Source: Candidatus Caenarcanales bacterium (GTDB lineage: Bacteria > Cyanobacteriota > Vampirovibrionia > LMEP-6097). From it: a DNA stretch of 64,000 nt. This document shows positions 8,612 to 17,819 of this stretch, piece by piece. How positions within the stretch are numbered: position 1 is the stretch's first letter; every line of letters starts with the position of its first letter. Location: assembly GCA_013216135.1 (NCBI GenBank), contig JABSOS010000011.1, positions 30,168 through 94,167 of the forward strand, given 5' to 3'. The notes beneath the pieces are model-generated. The model worked only from the letters and a program-made list of their open reading frames with translations. It made no database searches and had not been told where the DNA came from. The position numbers were made by a program, and so were the translations under genes.

Positions 8612-10201
8612 ATGAAAGTAGCACTTTATGTAAGAAAAAGCTCTGAAGACTCCAGTAAACAAATCCAGAGTATTGAAAATCAATTAGAGATTTTAAAAGC
8701 TAAAGCAAAAAAAGAAGATCTTAAAATTATTGAGATTTATCAAGAATCTAAGTCAGCAAAGAAACCATATAAAAGAGAAGCTTTTAATAAAATGCTTGCA
8801 GATTTACAAGACAGAAAATTTGAAGCTATTTTATGCTGGAAATTAGATAGATTAAGTCGTAACCCTATTGAAGGTGGCATAATACAGCACCTTCTATTAG
8901 AAGGAAGTCTAAGCCAAATCATCACTTATGAAAGACGTTACTATCCAAGTGACAATAGCTTAATGATGAATATGGAGCTAGGAATGGCGGCTGAGTATTC
9001 ATTAGCTTTAGGCAAAAATGTAAAAAGAGGAATGAATTTTAAAGTAGATAAAGGCGTTTACCCCAATACAGCACCTTTAGGATATCTAAATATAACCAAG
9101 CCTAATGGTGAAAAGACTATAGAACTAGATCCTGAAAGAGCACCTATCGTTCAAAAATTATGGCGTATGCTCCTAAGTGGTAATACTGTAATGGGGGAAC
9201 TTGTTGAGCAAGCAGCTTCTATGGGACTTAGAACCAGAGCTTCAGCTAATACACCAGAGAAGAAAGTTTCAAGACATGGCTTGCATTGTATTTTCTCTAA
9301 TCCTTTCTATTATGGAATGTTTAGATGGGCAAACGAATTACATCATGGTACTCACTCCACTATGGTTACTAAAGAAGAGTTTGATAAAGCTCAAAAGATT
9401 ATCTCAGCTAAAAAATGCGCTCCAAGAAAAGCTAAATATAAATTCCCTTTAAAGGGTTTTATTACTTGCGGAGAATGCGGAGCAAGTGTAACAGCAGAGC
9501 ATAAGAATAAAAAAAGAGCTGATGGTTCTATCCATCATAGAATTTATTATCGCTGTACTCACAGAAGAAAAGATTATGACTGCAAGCAACCAATGATTAT
9601 TGAGGCTGAACTTGAAGAGCAAATTATAGAATTACTTGATTCAATTAAAATTAATAAGGCTTTTGTTTCATGGGTGAAAAAATGGCTAGTAGATTTTAGC
9701 CAAGAACAATCTGAAAAGCAAAAAACTATTCGAGAAATCCAAAAGAATCAACTCAACAAAATCGATAATCAAATCGAAAGATTACTTGAGATGAGAATCA
9801 ATGAAGAGATAGACGCTGAACTTTTCAAAATTAAAAAAGATAACTTGGTTCTGGATAAAAAAGCTATCGAAAAAGAAATGAGTGTTAATACAGATATGGA
9901 CGATTCTAGAATTGATACTACTGTAGAGATATTGGATTTCTGTAAACAGGCTAAGTATTTATTTGAAAATGGAGATTATAACGATAAACAATTAGTTTTA
10001 AATACTTTAGGTTCACGACTTTATCTAAAAGACAAAAAACTAAGAGTAGAGCTAGCTAAACCCTTCCAACTAATACAAGACTCAGTATCTCAAGAATGGG
10101 TGCTAAATCCTAGGTTCACCACCCTCAAAACAAAGACCTCGCAAGGCGATGATACACTTACGAGGTCTCTTATCGATAATGGGGCAACCGACGGGATTTG
10201 A
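8612..10201 (+). CDS. Large serine recombinase (resolvase + recombinase + Zn-ribbon + coiled coil)
   Basis: YVRKSS catalytic Ser, WKLDRLSRN, APLGY, NPFYYG, CGECG...YYRC. Confidence 0.95.
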   Translation: MKVALYVRKSSEDSSKQIQSIENQLEILKAKAKKEDLKIIEIYQESKSAKKPYKREAFNKMLADLQDRKFEAILCWKLDRLSRNPIEGGIIQHLLLEGSLSQIITYERRYYPSDNSLMMNMELGMAAEYSLALGKNVKRGMNFKVDKGVYPNTAPLGYLNITKPNGEKTIELDPERAPIVQKLWRMLLSGNTVMGELVEQAASMGLRTRASANTPEKKVSRHGLHCIFSNPFYYGMFRWANELHHGTHSTMVTKEEFDKAQKIISAKKCAPRKAKYKFPLKGFITCGECGASVTAEHKNKKRADGSIHHRIYYRCTHRRKDYDCKQPMIIEAELEEQIIELLDSIKINKAFVSWVKKWLVDFSQEQSEKQKTIREIQKNQLNKIDNQIERLLEMRINEEIDAELFKIKKDNLVLDKKAIEKEMSVNTDMDDSRIDTTVEILDFCKQAKYLFENGDYNDKQLVLNTLGSRLYLKDKKLRVELAKPFQLIQDSVSQEWVLNPRFTTLKTKTSQGDDTLTRSLIDNGATDGI

Positions 10202-10256
10202 ACCCGCGAATACCGGAATCACAACCCGGGGCCTTAACCACTTGGCGACGGCTGCC
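10180..10256 (-). tRNA. tRNA-His (GTG)
   Basis: GGCAGCCGTCGCCAAGTGGTTAAGGCCCCGGGTTGTGATTCCGGTATTCGCGGGTTCAAATCCCGTCGGTTGCCCCA. Has the G-1:C73 pair, GTG anticodon, TTCAA T-loop and encoded CCA. Confidence 0.97.
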
Positions 10257-10303
10257 ATATTCGCAAAAGAAATTTTATCATGCTAAGGAAGGCTTATTCT
10301 GAA

Positions 10304-11569
10304 TTAACAAGAAAGTTTTAACTCTTCTAAAAGAGTGTCGAGCTCATAAGGCTTAGGAATATATGTATTAGCTCCAGCTTCTAGAAAGTTTCTATAACCA
10401 GGAACATTACTAGCGACGATAATATTCAGATCAGCGATACCATCATATTTATTAAGCTTTTTACAGAGTTCCTCAAAGCCAGGTAAACCCATTTTGGCAG
10501 CTTCAATTACTAGAAAACCAGGTCTTACAGTATCTAAGTCTTTTAATAGATCCTTAGGGCTTGAATGAGAGGCTTCAAAGCTATCAAGTTCTAATCTGTC
10601 AACTAACAGCTCAGCAAAGTCTTTATCTTCTTCAATGATTACTACTTTTTTATTAGTAAGGTGTTTTCGTTTATTGAATTTATTTAAAAGTGCTTGCTCA
10701 ATTAAATCTGATCCAGACAGGAATTTTCTATCAAGGCTAGTACAAGATGAAATGTTGAGTGTCACTAATTTTTCTTTTCTTCTGACCTTATGAGGGGCAG
10801 AGTAGACTATATATTGGTTTTCAAAGTCTTTTTTATTGTAGACTTTCTCTAAAATCGCTGAAAATTCATTTTCAAGCTCTTCATAAATATCATTTATGTT
10901 TTGCCTTGAGCCTAGTAGAACAAAGTTATCCTTTCCTAAGTGACCTATGAAAAGATCGCTATCTTTCACTAAATCTGCAAGCATTGAGGCTGACTGTTTA
11001 ATTAAATTATCTACGTTCTTAACGCCGTACATGTAGTTATACTGATTAAGATTATCGATGGTTACGTGAAGTAATTGCCAGTCTTTTATGTCATGAAGGC
11101 AATGCTCAATAATTTCATAAGTTCTATTAATACCTGGAAGTTTAGTGAGTTGGTTTTTCTCAAGTATATTCTTTCTTCTAAGGTATGCAAAGCATTTTAC
11201 GAAGATTTCTTCAGCGCTTAAATCAGAGTCCAAGAAATCATCGAAGCCTTCCTCTATATAGGAAAATGCTTTTGATTTATCTTTCTTTTTATTACCTAAA
11301 AGAATTAATTTATAGATGTTATAGCGGGATTTTTGCTTTTCACTAATAGTTTCATAATCGAAACCCTGAGCGTACATGTCCTCATTCACTATCAATATTT
11401 CAGGTTTGTAATCATATAGAATATACTTGAGATCTTCTAGGTTGTTACATTCTAGAAGATAAATTCCGTTTGCGTGACATTTGTCTATAAAGTTTTCTTG
11501 GTTTTGCAGCCTAAGCTTAGATTTTTCAGATGCTATGTGGACTATATATTTTTTAGGTATTAATCCCAC
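10304..11569 (-). CDS. Response regulator-like protein: REC-like + degenerate GGDEF + REC-like
   Basis: N-terminal KPEILIV..D/GFDDFL. NQLTKLPG...GHLGKDNF replaces the GG[D/E]xF signature. C-terminal KVVIIEED...GANTYIPKPY. Confidence 0.75.
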   Translation of the reverse strand: MGLIPKKYIVHIASEKSKLRLQNQENFIDKCHANGIYLLECNNLEDLKYILYDYKPEILIVNEDMYAQGFDYETISEKQKSRYNIYKLILLGNKKKDKSKAFSYIEEGFDDFLDSDLSAEEIFVKCFAYLRRKNILEKNQLTKLPGINRTYEIIEHCLHDIKDWQLLHVTIDNLNQYNYMYGVKNVDNLIKQSASMLADLVKDSDLFIGHLGKDNFVLLGSRQNINDIYEELENEFSAILEKVYNKKDFENQYIVYSAPHKVRRKEKLVTLNISSCTSLDRKFLSGSDLIEQALLNKFNKRKHLTNKKVVIIEEDKDFAELLVDRLELDSFEASHSSPKDLLKDLDTVRPGFLVIEAAKMGLPGFEELCKKLNKYDGIADLNIIVASNVPGYRNFLEAGANTYIPKPYELDTLLEELKLSC

Positions 11570-12669
11570 GATTTATCTCCAACTTCATAGAACTCTGTAG
11601 GTAAATAGAGTTTAAATGTACTTCCTTCTGGACCACTTTCAACACTTAGGTGTCCATTCATTATTCTAGCTAAGGAATGAGAAATGTAAAGCCCTAAACC
11701 TGTACCTTCTGTTTTTCTACTTAAAGGATTATCTAAGCGACTAAATTTACTGAATATCTTCGCTAAGAACTTCTCTTCGATACCAATACCGAAGTCTCTG
11801 ATAGAGACTTTTACCATTTTCTTATCATCTTGAGTAATAGTGTAGGCTTTAATAATGACTTTTTCACCGCCAGGTGAGTATTTAACGGCGTTATCGATAA
11901 GATTAGTGAAGATTTGTTCTAATCTATCAGCATCAACCCATACATCAGGTAAATCTTTATCTATTTCAACATCAATTCTATGAGAACCACTATACTTATT
12001 TTCAATTAACAGTGCTGTAGTTTCTAAATATTGATTGATCTGAACCGGATGAATAGTGAACTGTAATTTCTTAGCATCAATTCTAGATACTGCTAGCAAG
12101 TCTTCAACCAATCTAGATAGTCTTTCAGCTTGTTCTTTAATAATGGTGATGTATTTATTTCTTTTATCTTCGGGGAATCTTTCTTTATGTTGTAATAAAG
12201 TAGAAGCAAATCCTTTAATACTAGTGATAGGGGTTCTTAATTCGTGAGATACAGTACTAACAAACTCGCTTTGAAGCTGATCAATATCTTTATTGAAGTT
12301 ATCTACTACGAAGAATAATAATTTCCCGTCGATCTTCCCTTCTTTGTTCTGAATTTCTGTTTGTCTTGTGGGGAAGCTTAGCTTTCTTCCATCTTTTGTA
12401 AACAAAACTGCTACCTGAGCTGAAAAAGCAGTTTCATTATTAAATAAACTATCCTCTTCAGGTATGAAATAGAAGCTCCGTATGTCCTTGCCGATCACTT
12501 CTTCTTCTTTCCAGCCAGTTAGACTTTCAATAATAGGGCTAAAACAGGTAACTTTATCATCAAGATCTGAACCAATAAAACCATTCTGGGTACATCTAGA
12601 AACACTTTCTAATAATTGTGCTGGATCATGTACCATATTTATCTTCGGAAGCTTAGTCCTTCCTCCCAT
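11560..12669 (-). CDS. Cytoplasmic PAS sensor histidine kinase
   Basis: PAS (LTGWKEEEVIGK), H-box SHELRTP, N-box NLIDNAVKY, G-boxes DFGIGI and GTGLGL. Confidence 0.93.
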   Translation of the reverse strand: MGGRTKLPKINMVHDPAQLLESVSRCTQNGFIGSDLDDKVTCFSPIIESLTGWKEEEVIGKDIRSFYFIPEEDSLFNNETAFSAQVAVLFTKDGRKLSFPTRQTEIQNKEGKIDGKLLFFVVDNFNKDIDQLQSEFVSTVSHELRTPITSIKGFASTLLQHKERFPEDKRNKYITIIKEQAERLSRLVEDLLAVSRIDAKKLQFTIHPVQINQYLETTALLIENKYSGSHRIDVEIDKDLPDVWVDADRLEQIFTNLIDNAVKYSPGGEKVIIKAYTITQDDKKMVKVSIRDFGIGIEEKFLAKIFSKFSRLDNPLSRKTEGTGLGLYISHSLARIMNGHLSVESGPEGSTFKLYLPTEFYEVGDKSWD

Positions 12670-13348
12670 TTTTTAGCTCCTCAATTGCTTGTGGGATATC
12701 AGTAGCTCCATAAACAGCTGAACCTGCAACTAAAACATTAGCTCCAGTGGCTATCAATTTTTCAGAAATTTCACCTGGGTAAATCCCACCGTCCACTTCT
12801 ATAGCTACCTCACCTTCATTAAGATTGTTCCCAGCTTTAAGGTCATTCTTTTGGAGGATTTCTAAGAGGTTTTGGATCTTATCATAAGCAGACTCGATGA
12901 ATTTTTGTCCACCGAAGCCAGGGTTTACTGACATGATGAGCACCATATTAATATCTTTTATGTAAGGCTCTACTTTTTTAATATCTGTAGAAGGGTTTAT
13001 CGAAATTCCTACTTTTGCTCCGAGACCTTTAATTAAAGAAATAGTATCATTGATTTTCTTCTCATCAAAATCATACGCTTCAAGGTGAAATGTGATGATA
13101 TCAGCACCTGATTTAATAAAATCTGGGATGTGATTATGAGGTTCATTAATCATTAAGTGAACATCAAGGGGAAGTTTTGTAGATTTTTTTAAAGATTTTA
13201 CAACTGGTGCACCTATAGTTATATTAGGAACAAAGGCACCATCCATAACATCAACGTGAACCCAGTCTGCATGGTCTTCAATCCTCTTCAATTCTGACTC
13301 GAGGTTTGCAAAATCTGCCGCTAAAATTGAGGGGGCGACTTTTACCAT
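12653..13348 (-). CDS. rpe: Ribulose-phosphate 3-epimerase
   Basis: APSILAAD, HVDVMDG, MSVNPGFGGQ, VDGGI. Confidence 0.97.
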   Translation of the reverse strand: MVKVAPSILAADFANLESELKRIEDHADWVHVDVMDGAFVPNITIGAPVVKSLKKSTKLPLDVHLMINEPHNHIPDFIKSGADIITFHLEAYDFDEKKINDTISLIKGLGAKVGISINPSTDIKKVEPYIKDINMVLIMSVNPGFGGQKFIESAYDKIQNLLEILQKNDLKAGNNLNEGEVAIEVDGGIYPGEISEKLIATGANVLVAGSAVYGATDIPQAIEELKNGRKD

Positions 13349-13433
13349 TTAGTGCAATATTAGCATGGAGTGTGGTGCAATAACCTTTTCTTAATAATAC
13401 TTTGTTATTTTAGGTGCATGGGAGTTAGCGCCA

Positions 13434-13841
13434 ATGCAAATTAGCGAAAATACAAATTTACAGCTTGATCAACTTAATGGCGTTAATAAAGATGCCGCTA
13501 AGGATTCTAAAGCAGATTCAACAGCAATATCTGATTCTTCTGATAATATTGATAATTTATTTGGATTATTTGAAGATGACGGTGATTATTCTGAAATAGT
13601 CGGTGATATTCTTGATGATAAATCAATTGAGCGGAGTCAGACAGCAGTAGCTAATGAAAATTTAGCCGAGCTTGAAGAAATTTTTGAAGAAACAGCTTTA
13701 GTTGATGATCCTGAGATGCAAGAATTTTTCAATCAACAAATTATAGATGCTTCTTCATCACTTGCAGCAAGACAAGAATATATGAAGCAAAATAATCCAG
13801 AAGCTGACTCGTCTGATGCAGTGGAAGCAAGTTTATTTTAA
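13434..13841 (+). CDS. Acidic hypothetical protein
   Basis: 135-aa D/E-rich ORF with GGGAG SD. Confidence 0.6.
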   Translation: MQISENTNLQLDQLNGVNKDAAKDSKADSTAISDSSDNIDNLFGLFEDDGDYSEIVGDILDDKSIERSQTAVANENLAELEEIFEETALVDDPEMQEFFNQQIIDASSSLAARQEYMKQNNPEADSSDAVEASLF

Positions 13842-13863
13842 ATAACAAAATTTTCCTAACTAC

Positions 13864-13893
13864 AAAAAACCCGAGCTTTAGCTCGGGTTTTTC
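13864..13893. terminator. Bidirectional intrinsic terminator after rpsG
   Basis: AAAAAACCCGAGCTTTAGCTCGGGTTTTT. Confidence 0.9.
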
Positions 13894-13916
13894 TTTTAAA
13901 TATATGGTTTATAAAA

Positions 13917-14393
13917 TTAACCTCTAGCGTAGTGAGCAAATGCTTTGTTAGCTTCAGCCATTTTATGAGTGTGCTCTTTAAGCTCAATAGATTTACCTTT
14001 ATTATCAAAAGCATCTAATAATTCATTAGCTAAATTTGAGATAAAAGTCTTAGCTCCTCTCTTACGAGCAGATTGGATAACCCATCTGTGAGCGATAGCT
14101 GTACCTTTAGCCTTATCTACTGGTTCAGGTACTTGGTAAGTAGCTCCACCAATTCTTCTAGCTTTTACTTTAACAACTGGAGTTACATTCTCAACAGCTT
14201 TTTTGAATACTTCTAAAGGCTTTTTATCTTTGATTTTTTCTCCGATATAATCAAGAGCACCATAGAATAATCTTTCAGCAATTGATTTTTTACCTTGGAT
14301 CATCATTCTGTTGATGAATTGGGCAACGTCCTTATCACCATATAAAGGATCTGGAGTTACTGTTCTTTTTTTAAAACTTGGTTTACGTGGCAT
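13917..14393 (-). CDS. rpsG: 30S ribosomal protein S7
   Basis: PDPLYG, GKKSIAE, RRIGGATYQVP, HKMAEANKAFAHY. Confidence 0.98.
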   Translation of the reverse strand: MPRKPSFKKRTVTPDPLYGDKDVAQFINRMMIQGKKSIAERLFYGALDYIGEKIKDKKPLEVFKKAVENVTPVVKVKARRIGGATYQVPEPVDKAKGTAIAHRWVIQSARKRGAKTFISNLANELLDAFDNKGKSIELKEHTHKMAEANKAFAHYARG

Positions 14394-14414
14394 AAAACTT
14401 TCCTAATTATCTAC

Positions 14415-14795
14415 TTACTTTTTCGCTTTTTCTCTTTTCGTACCGTATAAAGATCTACTTTGTTTTCTATCTTTAACACCTTGAGCATCTAATGCACCCC
14501 TAACGATGTGATAACCAACACCAGGTAAATCTTTTACTTTTCCACCTCTAACAAGTACAACACTGTGTTCCTGTAAGTTGTGACCAATACCAGGGATATA
14601 AGCAGTAACTTCAATTCCGTTACTAAGCTTAACTCTTGCAATTTTACGCATCGCAGAGTTCGGCTTCTTAGGAGTAGCAGTTCTTACGTTAGTACAAACA
14701 CCTCTCTTGAAAGGATTACCTTCACACGCTGGTGAATTCTTCTTTCTTTTTTTTCTCTTACGAGGGTTCCTAATTAATTGTTGTAATGTAGGCAT
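14415..14795 (-). CDS. rpsL: 30S ribosomal protein S12 (start moved to 14795)
   Basis: [33 protein letters not shown]. Confidence 0.98.
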   Translation of the reverse strand: MPTLQQLIRNPRKRKKRKKNSPACEGNPFKRGVCTNVRTATPKKPNSAMRKIARVKLSNGIEVTAYIPGIGHNLQEHSVVLVRGGKVKDLPGVGYHIVRGALDAQGVKDRKQSRSLYGTKREKAKK

Positions 14796-14925
14796 TGACA
14801 AACGAAAATTATAACAGCTCGTCACACAAATTACCAGTTTTTAGAAAAAATTAACAATGTCTTTTTTGCATGTTAAGCTAAGGCTTGAGTAAATAGCTAT
14901 ATCTAATCGCAAAGGTGAGATTATT

Positions 14926-15318
14926 TTGCCCCAAGGATCGCTTGAAGTAAGAGAATTTAATATAAATAGTGACCTTGGACGTCTGTGTGAATTATGGGGA
15001 AATTTGTGCATGATCCAGCAGATGCGTGGCGAAAAATTTTGGATGGATAAGTTTAATAAAAGTGGGCTTTCTTGGGCTGACTTTGTAGTTACTTTATCTA
15101 AGTTAGATGTTTCTGAGCTTCTTGTTTTTGTTTATGAAAAAGTAGTTTTCGGTTTTATTTATCTTCTTAAAGAAGGAGATTTTGCAAGTATTAAAGAATT
15201 CTATTTAGAGCCTGGATATCGTGAGAAAATTGACACCAATCAATTAAGCTCGGATATTAAAAATATTCTAGAGAGTAAGAATATTGAATTTGTAGAGTTT
15301 GATGTGACTGAGCTTTAG
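14926..15318 (+). CDS. GNAT-fold-like hypothetical protein
   Basis: LLVFVYEKVVFGFI...IKEFYLEPGYR resembles GNAT beta4/motif A, but is degenerate. Confidence 0.45.
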   Translation: MPQGSLEVREFNINSDLGRLCELWGNLCMIQQMRGEKFWMDKFNKSGLSWADFVVTLSKLDVSELLVFVYEKVVFGFIYLLKEGDFASIKEFYLEPGYREKIDTNQLSSDIKNILESKNIEFVEFDVTEL

Positions 15319-15345
15319 AGTTAAGTGGAAGCGTTGAGTTTGAAG

Positions 15346-16611
15346 CTATGCAATGTTCTTTAAAAGAAATTTATATGCTTTATAAAGAGTCTTAAGGCAA
15401 GCAAGCTCTCTTACCTGTGCTCTATTTAAAGTTCTAGCAAACCAATCTAATTTATGAATTTCTACTTTTTCATTAAATGCAAGTCCTATATAAATAGTAC
15501 CTATAGGCTTTTCTGGAGTGCCACCATCTGGGCCTGCAATACCTGTAATTGAGATATTAAGATTTGCGTTAGAAATTTTTTGTAAACCTAAAACCATTTC
15601 CTTAGCTGTTTCTTCAGAAACTGCTCCATGCTTATCTAGGGTTTCTTTTGAGACGTTTAAAAATTGTTCTTTAGATTCATTTGAGTAAGTTACTAAATTA
15701 AGTTTAGTGTAGGAACTTGCCCCAGGGATGTCTGTCATAGTTTTACTTAAAAGTCCGCCAGTACAGGATTCTGCAAAAGCTATCGATAAGTTTTTTTCTT
15801 TTAAAAAGTTTGAAAGTATTTCAGGTACTGTATCATCACCGTAGCTATAAATATAATCTTTCATTTTAGCTTCAATTTTTTCTTTAACTGGAGCCATTAA
15901 CTTTTTAGCTTCTGATGCTGATTCTGCTTTTGCTGTTATGCGTACATAACACTCCCCTAAAGTCGCGTATGGTGCGACACTAGGATTGCTTTGCATGAAT
16001 ATTTCTTCCCCTATCATCTCTGCCATCTGGGATTCGCCGATATTAATAAACTTGATTTTCTCTGATTCAATCGCTGCAAGGCTTTCCTTCTCAGCTAAAT
16101 AGGCACTAAGATATGGAGCGATAGTTTCTTTAAACATAGCTTTCATTTCACAAGGAACTCCAGGGAAGCTAATTATTTTTATACCTTTATAGTCTAGAAT
16201 CACTCCTACCGCTGTACCTACAGGGTTGGGGATGATAATTGCTCCTTCTGGGATAAGAGCTTGTTTATAGTTATTCTGTGGAATATCTTTTTTAGTTTTT
16301 AAAAATTTGTTTTTGATAACTTCTTTTATCTGCGGATCTTCAAGAAGCGGCTTTCCAGCAAATTCTGCAAGTACTTCGTGGGTAATATCATCTACAGTAG
16401 GTCCTAAACCTCCAGTGCAAATAATGATATCTGCTCTAGATGCTGCAAGTTCAAGAGTCTTTAGAATTCTCTCCTGGTTATCACCTACAGTTACGTGGAA
16501 ATGAGTACTTATACCTATTGCATTAAGTTCTTCAGATAGGTATGTAGCGTTACTATTAACTACGTGTCCTATTAATAATTCTGTACCGATAGCAATTAAT
16601 TCAGCTTTCAC
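15346..16611 (-). CDS. cinA: Competence/damage-inducible protein A (MoCF_biosynth + NMN deamidase)
   Basis: IGTELLIG, TGGLGPT.DD.T, PGVP.EM, AESCTGG, ITGIAGP. Confidence 0.95.
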   Translation of the reverse strand: MKAELIAIGTELLIGHVVNSNATYLSEELNAIGISTHFHVTVGDNQERILKTLELAASRADIIICTGGLGPTVDDITHEVLAEFAGKPLLEDPQIKEVIKNKFLKTKKDIPQNNYKQALIPEGAIIIPNPVGTAVGVILDYKGIKIISFPGVPCEMKAMFKETIAPYLSAYLAEKESLAAIESEKIKFINIGESQMAEMIGEEIFMQSNPSVAPYATLGECYVRITAKAESASEAKKLMAPVKEKIEAKMKDYIYSYGDDTVPEILSNFLKEKNLSIAFAESCTGGLLSKTMTDIPGASSYTKLNLVTYSNESKEQFLNVSKETLDKHGAVSEETAKEMVLGLQKISNANLNISITGIAGPDGGTPEKPIGTIYIGLAFNEKVEIHKLDWFARTLNRAQVRELACLKTLYKAYKFLLKNIA

Positions 16612-16613
16612 TG

Positions 16614-17693
16614 TTAACTACTATACTGTAAAATCTTTTCCTTGCTGTCAAAAATTCTTTTAGCAGTACTTGCAAGCTTCTCTGAAGAATCTAATTCTAG
16701 TTTTGCAAGTTTACTTAAAGCCTCTCTTGAGCCATCATAGATCATATTAGGAAGATCTTTACTCATAAATTTAGACTTAAATAAGTTACCGTTTTCCAAA
16801 CCTTCACATTCTTTCAGGGTGCTATTTGCATTCATGAAGCTTAAGCCAGAGAGGGATATGCTCGCCACTAATTCCATAATATTTTCATGCTTAGGGAATA
16901 AGCTTGTGAGTAATTTCCTTGCACCAAGGAAACTTGCTTCCATGAAGCATAAGAAATCTTCATTTCCAGTAAGTTTTAAAGCCTCAGCGTTTGTGTCTTG
17001 AGGTTTAGCTTCTAACATCAAGTCAGCAAGCTTACGTTTAGTACTGAAAGTTCCTAACATAGGTAGTGCTGGAATAGCCATGATTAAGCTTGATGCTAGT
17101 TTTGATAAGTGTTTGAAAGGATGAGAGATAGGATCTTCTGGCGGTTTTGATCTTTTATTTAGGTAGTCTAAGCCACTTAAACCTACTATAAATAAAGAAA
17201 GTCCTTTAAGATACATTGCTAAAACTTTCTCTTTATTATTTTCAAAAATTTTGCTGATTGGAGATTCTTTTTCTTCTGACTGCTCTGATTCTGGATTGAA
17301 TTTCATACCAAATAATTTGGCGCCATCAAGCATGAATTTTTTAAAGCCATCTGGTAATTTTTTCGTGGAGTTTGAAATGAATTCAAAGGCACTATTTACA
17401 ACGTATATGAAATTATCACCATTGAATTTTCCTTCTAAAGCCATGGATAAGAGTCCTAAACCCATCTCAACAATTGCTGTCTTAGCAGTAAAATCTTCGA
17501 TTTGGTTAGTTTGATTTTCAAGATGCTGATAGTCAGCATTTAAGCTTTTAATCTCTTTATTTAATAACTCTTTTTTTAACTCAGCTTCGGCTTCAACATC
17601 ATCTTTTTTATCACTAATATTAATCTGTGCCAAGTTTTGCACTAAATCTTGGCTAGTTGATGGTTTTGTTAAAGTTTGACTTGGGCTTATCAA
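16614..17693 (-). CDS. Orphan protein with low-complexity N-terminus and hydrophobic helices
   Basis: 359 aa with S/T/Q-rich N-terminus, a coiled coil and several moderately hydrophobic segments. Confidence 0.6.
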   Translation of the reverse strand: MISPSQTLTKPSTSQDLVQNLAQINISDKKDDVEAEAELKKELLNKEIKSLNADYQHLENQTNQIEDFTAKTAIVEMGLGLLSMALEGKFNGDNFIYVVNSAFEFISNSTKKLPDGFKKFMLDGAKLFGMKFNPESEQSEEKESPISKIFENNKEKVLAMYLKGLSLFIVGLSGLDYLNKRSKPPEDPISHPFKHLSKLASSLIMAIPALPMLGTFSTKRKLADLMLEAKPQDTNAEALKLTGNEDFLCFMEASFLGARKLLTSLFPKHENIMELVASISLSGLSFMNANSTLKECEGLENGNLFKSKFMSKDLPNMIYDGSREALSKLAKLELDSSEKLASTAKRIFDSKEKILQYSS

Positions 17694-17713
17694 GTTTATT
17701 TTTACTTTAATTT

Positions 17714-17774
17714 ATTGAGAATTATTCTCAATTTTATATGTCTATTCTATACCTTAATGAGAATTATTTGCAAT
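17714..17774. promoter_or_regulatory. Two Fur-family-like boxes
   Basis: ATTGAGAATTATTCTCAAT (17714-32, perfect 9-1-9) and AATGAGAATTATTTGCAAT (17756-74). Confidence 0.6.
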
Positions 17775-17819
17775 AAAGAAAAGCTTAAGGGTGAAGTTTG
17801 TGAACTTATCTTGAGGATG

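Larger units (their letters stand above)
561..10186 (+). mobile_element. Integrative element (serine-recombinase island, satellite/integrated-plasmid-like) at tRNA-His 3' end
   Basis: 9-bp direct repeat AATGGGGCA at 561-569 and 10178-10186, the latter overlapping the tRNA-His CCA end. Carries a large serine recombinase, primase/replicase, RHH and TIR genes, all on the + strand. Confidence 0.8.

Noticed and set aside
10138-10144. CTCGCAA / TTGCGAG (587-593) as attP inverted arms
   Set aside because: Only 7 bp and asymmetrically placed around the core, so it may be chance.
561-10186. Island as a complete prophage or ICE
   Set aside because: No capsid, terminase, tail, relaxase or T4SS genes. 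It is satellite- or IME-like at most.
14796-14825. N-terminal extension of S12 in the ORF track (and likewise ilvE 34762-34845)
   Set aside because: The conserved proteins begin at MPTLQQ (14795) and MSIHG (34846). The extensions overlap promoter sequence.
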